Below are positions 12,075-24,305 of a DNA stretch of 64,000 nt, one piece after another (the first letter of the stretch is position 1; each line of letters opens with the position of its first letter). Both the position numbers and the translations under genes were made by a program. Location: NCBI GenBank assembly GCA_030704615.1, contig CM060734.1:16926001-16990000 (forward strand), read 5' to 3'. A model generated the notes under the pieces. It was not told the DNA's origin, ran no database searches, and saw only the letters and a program-made list of their open reading frames with translations. The stretch comes from Takakia lepidozioides (taxonomy: Eukaryota > Plantae > Bryophyta).

Positions 12075-15000
12075 TCAAGCAGTCCGATCTGTATCCTGCC
12101 GTAGGGCCTTGTGCAGCTCGTTGAAACTCAGTGTTGGAGCATGGATGAAGACGTCCACTACGGATATGCAACTCATGCGCTTCAGAAAAATGTAATAAAG
12201 GTGTTTGCAGGGGACGTATGTTGCATTCTTCGATTCCATAACAAGGAAGTCCTCACAGTTGCAAGCTGGGTACTGAGAAACCGTGATTGCATACGACACT
12301 GCGCGCAGCAAACCCGGCTGTTGACAACTGAAATATGCGCCCCATCCCGGGGTGAGAAACATCCCTGCAACCTTGCACTATGCAGGGCAAGGCAAGAGCG
12401 TTGGTCATCCTGGTGTCGTTCGCCTTTGTTGGTGGCCGCCGTCTTTTTAGTTTCCCCCACCGATGGGTGGGCCAAGCTGCGGGGTCACCCACCGGTATGC
12501 GAGGCGAAGAGCTTCTCGTGGGAGGAGGATGACGACTGGGAATTGGATTTCGTGGAACGTCTGTCCTCTCCACCAGTCGAAACCCTGCACTTCCTAGAGC
12601 GTCTGCCTCCTCCAGGGTAAGATCTGTACCAGTTGCCACAGGCCAGACTGCCGGTGGTTCAGGCATGCCTTATACACCATACTTGGGCTTGCCGAACACA
12701 CACGACATGATGTCGTGCCTGCAGAACCAAAACTCCTTCAGTGTGGCCTCCACAAACTTTGCGCACACAAATCTCCCTGTGAAGCAAGGGGCAGGCACAC
12801 CGCCCTGCGAGCTCCTCCGAATCATCTCATTGCATCTCTGGTTGGTGTCGACACGAACAACACAACATTTGCCACGAAATGTCGGATGGGTCCGTGCAAT
12901 TCTCCACTGCGAGGCCGACACATCTCGCTCCACGATTGGAATGTTGTATTGGGTAATGAAAATAGGAGCAACATGCTCATCCTCGGCATGGTGTCCCGAG
13001 TCCGGCAGCGATTCCATGGATGCTGCAGGAGAGGGGGTACGAGTCCTGCTGGGAGGAGGCGTGGGACGCAACATCGTTGCGCCCCGAGGTTGAGTGCGGA
13101 TGTTCATATCTGATCTCCATGAATCTCGGCGCCTCCGGGCATGTCCTCAATTCTTCTCTTCACCGACCGGCTGCGGACATCGCCCTCCAGGCAGTTCCCC
13201 CGACTGTGTAACGGCGTTGACCTTATTGTTTCCCGCAATGCAGCAGTCCATTTTTTGGGATCGGTCGAATGATGCGCCGCCCTCATCAGCATCTCCTGCC
13301 TGTCTGGTCCGATACCCCATTGCTTTCCTCCCAGAAACTGGTAGTAACGAGATTGTTGCGTGATGGCCCTCACAATATCTTCTGTTGTTGCTGTCAACAT
13401 GTCAACGAGATGTGCCGCAGAGGAAGCACGCCAGGAAGAGTGCACCGATTCGGCCATGTTTGTCGTCGGCATATCCGTGTCATCCTCCAAGCTCATGTCC
13501 TGTTGAAGGAAATTAGAAATGTCACTCATTGTGGAGAATGTCCAAGCACAAAACAGAACAATTGTCAAGTACAAAAATGTGTTACATGTCTCATGTAGTC
13601 TCCAAACTGGCGGAATCTATAGTGCCACCACGCAAGCCACGTTTGCACTTCTGGCTGATCTTTCACATCCACTGCCCCTGAAGACACCCACCAGGCACGT
13701 ATGGTTGCAAACTCGGTCTCCGCCTCGTCGATGGAATTCGCATTTTTCCACGCAAGGCACATACTGATATGATCCTGCCGGTGGCATGACACCACGAACC
13801 TTTTCGTGTTTTGCGTCAAACTCTGCATGAAGTGGAACCCGCAAGATCTCTCCTTACCTTCCATCAGAGTCTTTGGGTCGTCCCCATATACCCTCCTAAC
13901 TGCAGCCCAGTTCGCCTGGGCATTGTCAGCCATGAAGCCCCTAAAATCGGGAGGGGGCAACTTCGCTCTCGCCATTTGCTCATTAATTCCGTGCCACATA
14001 TGCAACTCCGAATCTGTGTCTTCTCCTTTCATTTCGCAGATAGCAATGGTCATCAACTTTCTGCAATGTGGGTCGTAAACATGTGCCCCCATTGTCACCC
14101 AATTGTGGTTGGTAATTCGCCGGATGTGGTTGAACATGACCCAGCAATTTGAGAGGTCTCCACTGGTCATCCGCTTCACCAAATCGACGCCGCTCCCCGG
14201 TCCGCACGTTGACATCTTAAATATGAAGCACATGTCCGTCTCTGAGCCTTGACCAGGAAAGAAGCTGCCTTGGATGAAGTCGTAGCCGCATGTGCGCTTC
14301 ACTTCCAAGATGGAGTGCATGTCTGATCCTCTTCCGATTCGTTTCTTGCAGCCGACAATGTGGTTCCTGACATTGGGGCTGCATACATGGGAGACAGCTT
14401 CCAGCAGCTCCTTCATGTCCCCCTCGCCCAGCTTCTCTCTTGTGCTTCCGTCCTCCGACATTATTATGCCAATTGCAATTCTATGTGCGGATGCGAGCTG
14501 TATCTGCTTTGGTTTTGCTCCCAGCCTGAACCTCACCTCCTCCTTGATAATATCGTGGGCTTGTTGAAAAGCGACTCTGCAATTGCCTCTGGCGACGGGG
14601 TGGTCATGCTTTCCGATGTGAATGCATGCTCTGGTGCACCCTGGGCCGATGGTCCCGACGTAGTACTGCTTGGCATTGCACACTGCCATGCACGTAGGGG
14701 CTGCGTTGCAATGGGCATACTTGAACGTCCCTGCAGGAACTCTACCTTGAGGCCAAAATGGGGTCGACGAATTGCCAATCCAGTCAATTTCATTCCGGGT
14801 GCTTTTGCTCGTGTAATGGTAACAAGTGCTCGAGAAACATTTAAGATGCCCAGCACACAATACATATCTCACTCGAACTCCATTACCCAGGTTGGACGAT
14901 GAAGTTTTGGTGACACACCAAGGGTGGCCGTCATGTTTCCTGTTCATTCCTGCCAGCATGCCGTCTGGGCCTGCGCCTGCCGGCACTGCAGAGAACTCGT

Positions 15001-15701
15001 AGATAGCATTCCCATCCACAACTTCAGGCAAAGTTTCCACAGAATGGATTGGAGTTTTGTCGTAATCAAGCCTAAGAAGGTCACTGGAGCGGGAACCCGT
15101 TGTCTTCATCCTCCGCAATATGTCAATTACTGAGCGGACGGAAGTTGAGTCGGAGGGTGTGTGCTCATTGTTTGCCGACTTCTGAACACTCCTAGTGACG
15201 GACGACTTCGAAACATACGATGGAAGGACCATACAGTCTTCATCGTCACGGGATAAGTCGTGGACGACTGTTTCCATGTTTTCTAGGATTTCCCTTTTCA
15301 CATGTTTGGGCTTCTTTGCTTGTGAAGAGGTGCCCACATCCTTCATGGCAGACTTCACATCTTGCACGCCAGACCCTCTTGTGGAAGGAGGATCAACCAA
15401 GTTCCAGCGTGGGAACTCTTTAGGCACGATTTCACCAATTGCACTGTACCGGATGGATTCAGAAGCTAGGAGCCGCCACTCTTTGCCTTTTCCGAAATCT
15501 GCATGCAGAATGACGGCACTTTCCAGAAAAATTTCCATAAGCCTCATTCGTCTCCTCTTCCAAAAACACCGTTCCAGGGTGGAGCCCGAACTTCACACAC
15601 AAGTACTGCTCAGTGACAATCGCAAATCCTTGGTCGCAGGGTATTTTAGCTTTCAGAGAATCAGGATGGAAGTACACATTTACCCAAACACGGGAGTCCA
15701 T
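12075..15701 (-). pseudogene. MULE transposase: GCM/WRKY-like zinc DNA-binding domain, DDE core, C-terminal SWIM finger
   Basis: DGHPW...CAGHLKC...HIGKHDHP; VMFNH (first Asp position is Asn), FMADNAQA, CGFH, TTNMAESVH; SWIM CNCEDF...CKHL. Several frameshifts and stops, plus a probable intron near 13526-13585. Confidence 0.85.
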
Positions 15702-15889
15702 GTTGAAGACGGGACCTCTCGGTACGCTCCGCAGCGAAGTCCTGCAATGAGAAGAGTGTGTCCTACCTAATACCACAATGATTTTCTGGAGGATTCTGTA
15801 TCCAACAGGATGGGTGATCAGTGCACGTATGGATGAAGGTGTGTAACGTACGTTACAAAAACGGACGACAACAGCAAGTTCACATCGGA

Positions 15890-17700
15890 TATTTGGTGCC
15901 TGAATTGTGATGTACCACCACTTGGGCTACAATAAATCTGGCCTTCCCATGAATTTCGGCACCGAAATCTGGATGAAAATCTTTGTCATGTAACAGATTT
16001 GGAAGCCAGGGGATGAATTCCGGCGACAGAAATCGTAATTTGTTCACCTCATGAAACTGAGCATGCACCCAACGGATGGATTTCGGTGCCGAAATTCGGA
16101 TGAACATCTTCTTCATGAAATTGTTTCTTCACGTAAGGGTTGAATTTGCATGCCGAAATACGGATGAATGTGTTCGTAATTACAGTCGTGATTCACCACG
16201 TGTCCGGATTTCGGTGCCGACATCCGAATGACACTAATCATGAATAGGCAGAATGGATGAATTTCGAAGCCGAAATTCATTCTTCTTCTCATTTTCCGAC
16301 TCTAATTCTGCTGTCCTGCGGATGGATTTCGGCACCGAAATTCATCCAAAGTCCTACCTTCTTTTTCTTTTTCCTTGCGACAGATGAATTTCGGCGCCGA
16401 ATTTCATCCAAGTCGGACCTTCTAATTTTCTTTTTTCTTCGCGAGCAATGAATTTCGGCGCCGAAATTCATCCTAGACCTCCCTTCTAATTTTCTTTTTT
16501 CTTCGCGAGCAATGTATTCCGGAGCCGAAATTCATCCAAGTCCTCCCTTCTAATTTTATTTTTTCTTCGTGAGCAATGAATTTCGGCGCCGAAATCCATC
16601 CAAGTCCTCCCTTCTAATTTTATTTTTTCTTCGCGAGCAATGAATTTCGGCGCCGAAATTTATCCGAAGTCATCCATCCAAATTCTTTTAAGGGTTTGAG
16701 CGCTGGATTTCGGCGCCGAAATTCATCAAATGCCCTCCCTCCAATATTTATTCCTCTTTGAAATGGATGAATTTCGGCGCCGAAATTCATCCTTACTGTC
16801 CGCAATGAGTAACTGTAATATTACATTTTCTATGCGACGGATGAATTTCGGCGCCGAAATTCGTCCGAACCCGACACTTACTTCTTGCTTCTGGATGATG
16901 TAATGTTCCGAAATTCGTTGGAGATAATCCATTCCGACGAAGATAACACGAATATTCTGTATTTAATGGAGAAATCGGCACATTCAACCCCTTCTGTCTT
17001 ACAAAAGGCCGTTATCCAATGTCGAAAGGGGATATTTTTTCATGTTGGGGGAAAATTAATTGCATTTTAGCCGTTGTTTTCATTTGAAACTGACAGTATC
17101 CATTAAGTGGTCTTTTTTCGCACGGGACATTGCCGCACATAAAGTATAATTTTGGCGCCGAAATTATAGTTAAATGTCCAGACATGGCAAGTCCAACAGG
17201 CATGGACAGCATCCGTGAGGGGCAATGATGGCGGCAAAGCGTAGCATGGTGCCGATTTAGTCTTCGCGCTGGATGAATTTTGGCGCCGAAATATGGATGA
17301 TTTCACCTCGTCTACTCGCGGACGGAGATATTCGTAATGAATTTTGGCGCCGAAATATGGATGGAATGTGCCCAGGTGCAGCCGTCTCCACTGTCCCGGA
17401 ATTAATTCCGGCTCCGATATCTGACTGACAGGTTTGCTCATGATGGATGAGGGCTGGGGAAGCGATGAATTGCGGCGCCGAAATTCATAAGTTTGTGCAT
17501 GGAAGCACTTGAATAGGATGAATTTCGGCGCCGAAATTCATCCATCCGCTGATGAAACGTTACGACCTCACTGTTGAATGTCATAGGCAGGGGATTTTCA
17601 TGGCGGTTGGGTTTCGTGATGTGTGGATATTTCATTCAATGTCGGCTGCTCCGGGAACAGCATCCGGTGAACGGAACGGTATTTCGGTGCCGCAATTCGG
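15890..17700. repeat. Array of more than 20 palindromes, consensus (GGATG)AATTTCGGCGCCGAAATT(CATCC), between two divergent genes
   Basis: Read directly; perfect 28-bp copies around 16765-16792 and 17516-17543. Confidence 0.92.
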
Positions 17701-18206
17701 ATAAAGCGTCTTGTACTGGTGGCTTGAACAGACACGCATCGTGTTCCAGTCGACTTCATCCGTGCGAACGTGTCAGGGGTCGCAATCTCTTCATCACCCA
17801 TACGGCAGAAAGTGGTGGACGGTGGCAACGCTTCCGGAGACGTGGCTGCTTACGCATCTGCTCGTGCATAGTGGTTGCATGTTCCACCGCTTCACTCTCT
17901 CGCTCCTTGCCCTTCTACAGTGACATTCTCTTGTGTTTCCTCTCCTTATGAAGCATAGTGATAGCATAGAGTTTGTGGAAGGTCAGGCGACTCCGGCAAA
18001 GAGGAGGACGCGGGATTTTGGGAAGCCGCCGACGACACGACTTAAGCTCCGTCTCATGCAGGAAATGCAGACATCGTTATCCGGAGACTCGGATCGCCCA
18101 CCAGTGAGAGATTCGTGCTTCGCGGATGTGAAACACTCCATACGCACTATTCCTTTTACACATTTTTTTTGGCCTGCAGTGTCTCATGTTTTCCTCTTTG
18201 TTTGAC

Positions 18207-21200
18207 ATGGGAGCTGGGGAGGGATCGCAGGGGGGCGAGGCAACACAGTCACCTTTGGATACTCCTGCCCGGGTGCTGCGCTTGCAAGGTGGAAGTTCAT
18301 CGAGGCAGGCGAGTCCTCATTCAACACCTCAGATATCGCCTCAGAAAAGCCCACCTAGAGTTCGAAAGCCGAGGAAGCAGAAGGAGCCCATGGCTTCGCC
18401 AGTAAAACCACTAGGGAGACTGGAAGCGGAGATATTGGGTTTGCAGGCAGTTTCAGAAAACACGGATGCGGTGGAGGCCGCTGGAGATGTCGGAGTCGGA
18501 TCTGTAGAACGGCGGCCCATTGAGCTGACAGAAGCAGAGGACGACAACGTGGTGCGACTTGACGACGATCAGAACCTGCTGGTGCTTGCGGAGGAGCAAA
18601 ACCTCCAGGACAGTAGACAAGCTGGTGAGAGGGATGAGGGAAGTGAGAGAGGTGCTAGAAGTAAGAAACTGGTGGCGGGTATGCTCATGAGCGCACGAGA
18701 CATGAACATAGCAGCAAACAGGTTGCTGGCAGAGACTCATAGCAACATAGGCCGCGTTTTGGGCTCCATGGTGTATCCGGAGAACCTCAAAGTTCCTTTG
18801 TGTCGCATGGTTAGCCTTCCAGTTGTAAGGCAAACACTGCCAGGGGACATTGATTGACTGAAGCACAACTTCAGAGAGGGGTATAGACGGGGGTCGGCAG
18901 CATTCTACGTTTCCATTGAGAATGACCATGGTGTCACAAGGGGCCCCACTGCAGAGGAGCTTCAGAATTGGAGCCCCCACTGGCACACTATAAATGCCGA
19001 GTTTGAAGCCTCTCTGAAGACTAATCCCACATTCGCACACATGGAAGGGAAGATGTTCTTCGTTTGGGACGGGAACCACAGGATGCTTGCCTGGACAGAG
19101 TACATTGCTGAAATGCATCCGCAAGATATCAGTTGGCATTACATGGTGGACTGCATTGTCGTGAAGGTGGACATCAGGGTCAGAGGACTGCTGAAGGGTG
19201 CCATGGCGGATATAAATCTATAAGTATACAACTACATCCTTGTGTACTGCCTATTGCGGCGCCGAAATAGACAATGTTCTTGACTGTCATGCACTCTATG
19301 AACTGGAAATTGGATTGCGGTGCCGAAATCAAATTTTCATGTTGTTTTTTTTTTCTCCATGGCAGGGTAACAGAGAGGGCCTTCGTGGAAACTCATCTGG
19401 CACATACGCTCTACATAGTGGAAGAAGTGGGAACAGCACCGCTGACGGACTTCCAAAAATCCCTCGATCCCGAGCTGTACAGGAAGTCCCTTGCGAAAGC
19501 AGATCGCACCTGGTACCGTCCAACACTGGACGCCATGGTGGAGATCCTCTATTCGGTGAGGTTCATCTCAAATTTCCCGATTTAATGCTATTTGTTGCAG
19601 GGATCCGTGGCCTGACTGTATCCGCTGGGTATGGGAATGCAGACGAACATCAAGGATGACTTGGCCTATGCCAAAAGGCAGTTCTTTGAGAATGATGCCC
19701 CCTACAAGACAGACGCGTCGATAGAGAGTCACATTGTGTAGGCAGGGAGGCAATCACGGACCAAGTACAGGTCCAAATTTGTTAAGCAAGTTGCAATCGC
19801 TGACCCTGGTCTTGGTGCCGAGTTCCTGGCAGAGATAGGACTGCATTACTCCAGACCCATGAAACCGGAAATGTCCATGGAGAAACTTCATCACATCGCA
19901 GTGTCCTGTGTTGAGCCGGCGGAGAAGGTAAGCATTTGTTTGTTCTTGTTTTGTGTCTTCTCGCGATTGTCATGATGAAGTTCTTGTCTGACCGATGTTA
20001 GGCCATGCAAACGAGGTGGCTGCGAATCTGGAACGGCCATACAAACACGAAGCTGTTGTACCACTTTCCCATCGAGCCAACAGACGACAAAATGAACGAC
20101 TGGCTCAATGTGATGACTTGGTGGCATCAGGTATAATTTCCTCCTCTTCTATGTGTTGGACAACATTGCAATTTCAAAATCATGAATGTTTTGGAAACCT
20201 GCAATGCTGCAGGTACTGACCCACGCCTAGGAGCAATTGGATTGCAACACCACCACTTTCAAGTTACAAATCGACTGGACGAAGCCTAAGACTATGGAGA
20301 ACTACGTACAGTCATGGCGAGGGCGCTTCGCAAACCTCTTTTTCAGAGAAATTGCAAAGGCAAGACGCAGCGTATACATCGAAGAGCAGGAGGGTGCCGA
20401 CAAAGTGGCAATGCGTGTCCTGTTCAGGTAATCTGCTGCCAATGCATCCCCCTATTTGCAGTTTTGATGATTTAGCTAAGCAGCGGTGGATATTGCGTTG
20501 ACGAAATATACCTCTGCAAGATGTGAGTGCTGGGTAATTGGGGCACGGTCCTCTGCATATTTTGGTGCCGAAATACTTTGTGCATTGAGAACTTTCTCTT
20601 GCATGATGCATCCGTAGAATGATTTATGCTGCGTGATTGCAGGTACATAAACTTTGCACTCATTCCGTCCGGAGCCATTCAAAGGGTTCCACCATTCTTC
20701 CTCGCGTGGAGGACACCTGGAGGTCATGGTATGATGTACACAGAAGTAATGGCGAAGGAGTGGCATGCCGAGCATTTGGTAGACTGTCCCTGGTATGTGG
20801 ATCTCCCAAGTGGCACTGTTGACCTCTCGGAGGTTAACTTGAAGAAGGAAGCAAATGCCAGGGCTATGAAGGCGCAATCGGATCCCCAACCAGAGGACGC
20901 GGAAAGACTGAAAGCAGAGGAGGCAGCCAAGCAGAAAGTACTGAGAAAGTCAGCCAAGGTGGCAGCGTTGGCGAAGGAGCAGATGGAGAAGCAGGCAGCT
21001 GAGCAGCCCAAGGACAGGAAGAAAAGAACGCGCAAACAGGGGCAAGAGACGAAGACCCCCACACCCAAGAAGAAGAAGCAGCAACATAGTCAGCCAGATG
21101 ATGAGGATTCCGACGACGATTTCCAGCAGGATAACACCCAGGGGGCCACACCTCGTCCGAAAATTCACAAGGGCCAGCGCTCCGGGGGTTCGTCTGCAAA

Positions 21201-23108
21201 GAGATCACTATGCGAGGATGCACCTGGCAGACCCTACCGTGCGGTGCTCATTGCGGGCAGGGAAGTCCTCAAAACACCCACAATTGTGGAGTGTGGTAAT
21301 GAAAATTTCCTAACTGCTCTGACCAGAAGGCTGGAGATAACAAGATTGAGGAAGGCGATCGAGGCCCACCAGGGGAAGGGGAAGAGGAAGGCCACTGGCA
21401 ATGATATGGAGGACACTCCTGGCTACACAAAGATGATGGAGTATTTTGTGGCGATGAGCCACGGCAAAAAGAGCACAGTCGGGGGCAGGGCGGTGAAAGC
21501 CTCCATCGACATGGTCCTTGTGGATATCCCGGATGGGCAGGAGATACTGGGCTGGGCTCACTACCGTGGTGGGACAAGTACGACAAAAGATACTGGAGCC
21601 ACACATTCGGGTTCGACGCCAACATGTTGGACGACGCTGGCTGTGTTGTTGTGCTAGCAGCCGATGGAGAAGTCACTGAGAATGATATCAAAGTATGGAC
21701 GGGGAGAAGTGTAGCACCCATCCTGAAAAAGATCTGGACTTGCATCAACACGCAGGGTCTTCTAAACGATGGCCAAAAGGTATGCTGTGGTTCTCCTCTG
21801 CTATGCCGATTTCTGCGCCGAAATTGCCCATGTACGTGTAGGCCACCTCTGACGTTTTCATTTCCTTCTTTGCAGACTCTTATCTTTCAGGCATTCTGCT
21901 TCGTGAAGGAACATTCGAAATTCAAATTACGTCAAGCAAGAAGACTTGTTGATTCCACAGTTGATCCACTGGAGTATAACGTCCTCTTCAACCATGTGGG
22001 AGAGAAGGACATGCTTTGTGATTTGTCGGGCAAGCCGTGGAGGTATGGCAGGACCAGGAGTCCAGCATTCATCCAGACGCTCTTGGAAACGTGTATGGAT
22101 GTTGAAGGCAAGGTCCTCGACGTCACTGCAAATACAGGTGAGAGCGTTAAGTGATTGCGGCACCGAAATTGACACCATTTCCGATTGTGTATGTTTGCTT
22201 GTGCGAGGAAGCGACTCATTCTTGAGTTTGGCTGTGCTTGTGTCGTATGAATTCGCAGGTGCCTGTATGTGGGCGGGAAGGATGTCCAACCGATTTGTGT
22301 TCTCATTTGAGGGGGATACGGTCTTGTACGATTTCAATTTGGTGGGCCTACAGCGTCTGCCTCCGACTGAGGATCCCAAAAACGCAGAAGAGGACGTGGA
22401 AGGGGAGGAGGAAGAGGAAGAGGAGGAAGTCCAGGAAATTCGTACGATGCAGGGGCGCCCGAAGCCGCTTCCTCCAATGTCTGTCTTCGAGTGAGTTGCA
22501 CCATAGTAATTGTATTGGTTTCAGTTGTAGGGACCATGCAACCTGCCGATGATTCCCTGTTTGAATGCTCTAATGTGCTTCATTCTATGTTTGTGCGTAC
22601 ACTCAGCCTTGCAGAGTCGTCCGACGAGGAAATGCTGGGAGACTTGCCCGAATCGGACCCTGTTGCAGAGGAGGAGACAGAATCGCATCGGCCATTCTTT
22701 GCCAGAAAATCGTTTATCGCGAGTCCCTAGAAGCCCTTGTTTCTTCCAGCCTATGCAGACACGGCTGCCAGAGAAGCCATCAGGAGGGAGGATAGGCCTA
22801 CTTGGTTTGAGCAATTGATATTCGGGAATGAGCACATAATTATAATGAGGTGTGAGGCCAAACATAGAATTGTGAAAGGCAGAGTAGGCAAGTTCGTCAT
22901 AGAATCCGCGTCCGAGAGCGAGGGGGATGATGAGGACAGTTCCGCACCCAGGTGGACAGTTCCGGCTAGTGAGGATGGTATTTTTGAGGGGAGGGCTTCT
23001 CAGAGTAACAGCGGTAGCGGCAATGCAGGTTCGGAGGCAGGTGGAAGGCAGCCATCCTTGCATGAGGCCGGGGATGCATCGGACAGTGATCGCGGATCCT
23101 CACCATAG
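18207..23108 (+). pseudogene. Approximately 9-exon gene: ParB/Srx-like N-terminal domain, charged linker, beta-class N4C/N6A DNA methyltransferase-like domain, acidic tail
   Basis: Approximate exons: 18207-19219, 19366-19555, 19601-19927, 20002-20130, 20213-20427, 20643-21779, 21876-22137, 22259-22490, 22607-23108. Motifs FFVWDGNHRMLAW; SIDMVLVDIPDG; LDDAGCVVV; spliced KVLDVTANTG-ACMWAGRMSNRFVFSFEGD. In-frame stops at 18855, 19613, 19739, 20228, 22728 and a frameshift near 21550. Confidence 0.75.
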
Positions 23109-23375
23109 CAAAGTCTCATTTGGATCTTTTTGTTGTACAGTTCTGAAACACTTAATGAAAATATTGACGATTTCAAAAATCATTGTGTTCAGACTGCATG
23201 TCCGATTCCCTACATTTCTTCCGGCAACCTAAATGTATAATAAAAGCAGAAGAGACACAAACTTAAGTAAAGAACCCTACAAGTAAATTATGCAATTCCG
23301 CGGATGCCCGCTCATGAGCTCATGGGCTCATAGGCTCATGGGCTCATGGGCTCATGAAATAGTAAACCTCCGATA

Positions 23376-24300
23376 GGGGGTTGCAAAGGCTTGCAGTTGG
23401 GCAAGAGGGGAATCCACCAGACCTATGTCGTGTAAGGAGAGACCTTTCTGAACAGAAGCCAACTCAGATAAAGGTGAGGCAGGCAACCTAGCTAAGACTT
23501 GCCCCTTACAAATGGTAATGCCAATACGCTCAGGATTAGCCACCAACAGTCTCACTTCACCCTTGAAACCTCTATCAATCACTCCAGATGCAATCAGACA
23601 ACATTTTTGCAAGGTCAGCTTCTTCCAACCCTCCACCTCGATGTAATGGCCTTGCGGGCAAGCAAAAGCTAGACTAGAAGGAATCACACGTTGTGAAAAA
23701 GCAGGAATGACCAAGTCGACAGGAGCTGGGAGCAGCATTGTGTTCTTGGCCACTGGCAGAGGAGGACCAGATTTCTTACTTGGCAAAGGGAACTGCCATT
23801 GATAAAGACAGCCCTCGGGGGCTTGAAATTGACTGAATCTGGCCCAATTGTAGTGCTGGCCTACAGTTTCCTTCATGAGCTCAGCTTGCAATTTCAATCG
23901 AGAGTAATTGGCTAAAGAGGTACCAGCAGCTAAGGTGACAACGTTGAGGTTTACCTTATAAGGCTGGCCCTCACCATTGTGTAACCACATCACATTGCCC
24001 ATGATGTCCAGGCTAGCCTCTACCCCCTTCATCCAGTCAAGGCCCAGCAAAAGCTGCTCCCCCAAAGTGACAATATAGGTTAGCACCATTGTCTTGTCAC
24101 TGACACGGATAGGCACAGTAACCAAACCCATGGGTTCATAGGCTGTACCATCGGCTATGGTTACTTCCAACCCTTTTGCAGGCCGTAACTTGAGGCCTAA
24201 TATGCGTACAATGGAGAGTGGAATGGCAGACATGGTGCAGCCTGTGTCAATCACACATGAAAAAGAATGGTGGCCAATGTGACACTGAGTCATCAAGGGA
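23376..24300 (-). pseudogene. Family B aspartic protease followed by a dUTPase-like domain (~23484-23744)
   Basis: CVIDTGC and LLLGLDW (PR); IP..SQRVIPSSLAFACPQGHY...SGVIDRGFKGEVRLLVAN...KGQVLARL aligns with the trimeric dUTPase pattern. Confidence 0.8.
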
Positions 24301-24305
24301 TGTAT

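Larger units (their letters stand above)
9919..23370. mobile_element. Mutator-like DNA transposon MULE-1 (13.45 kb, three genes)
   Basis: Imperfect 21-bp TIRs GGGGGTTGCTATTCCATGAGC / GCTCATGAAATAGTAAACCTC. Flanking duplication CGATA (longer if part of the G-run belongs to the target). Subterminal GCTCATG repeats. It splits family B pol. Confidence 0.88.

Noticed and set aside
15890-17700. CRISPR-like look (palindromic repeats with ~64-bp period and variable spacers)
   Set aside because: The repeats are degenerate, several spacers duplicate each other, there are no cas genes, and the context is a eukaryotic intron-containing transposon.
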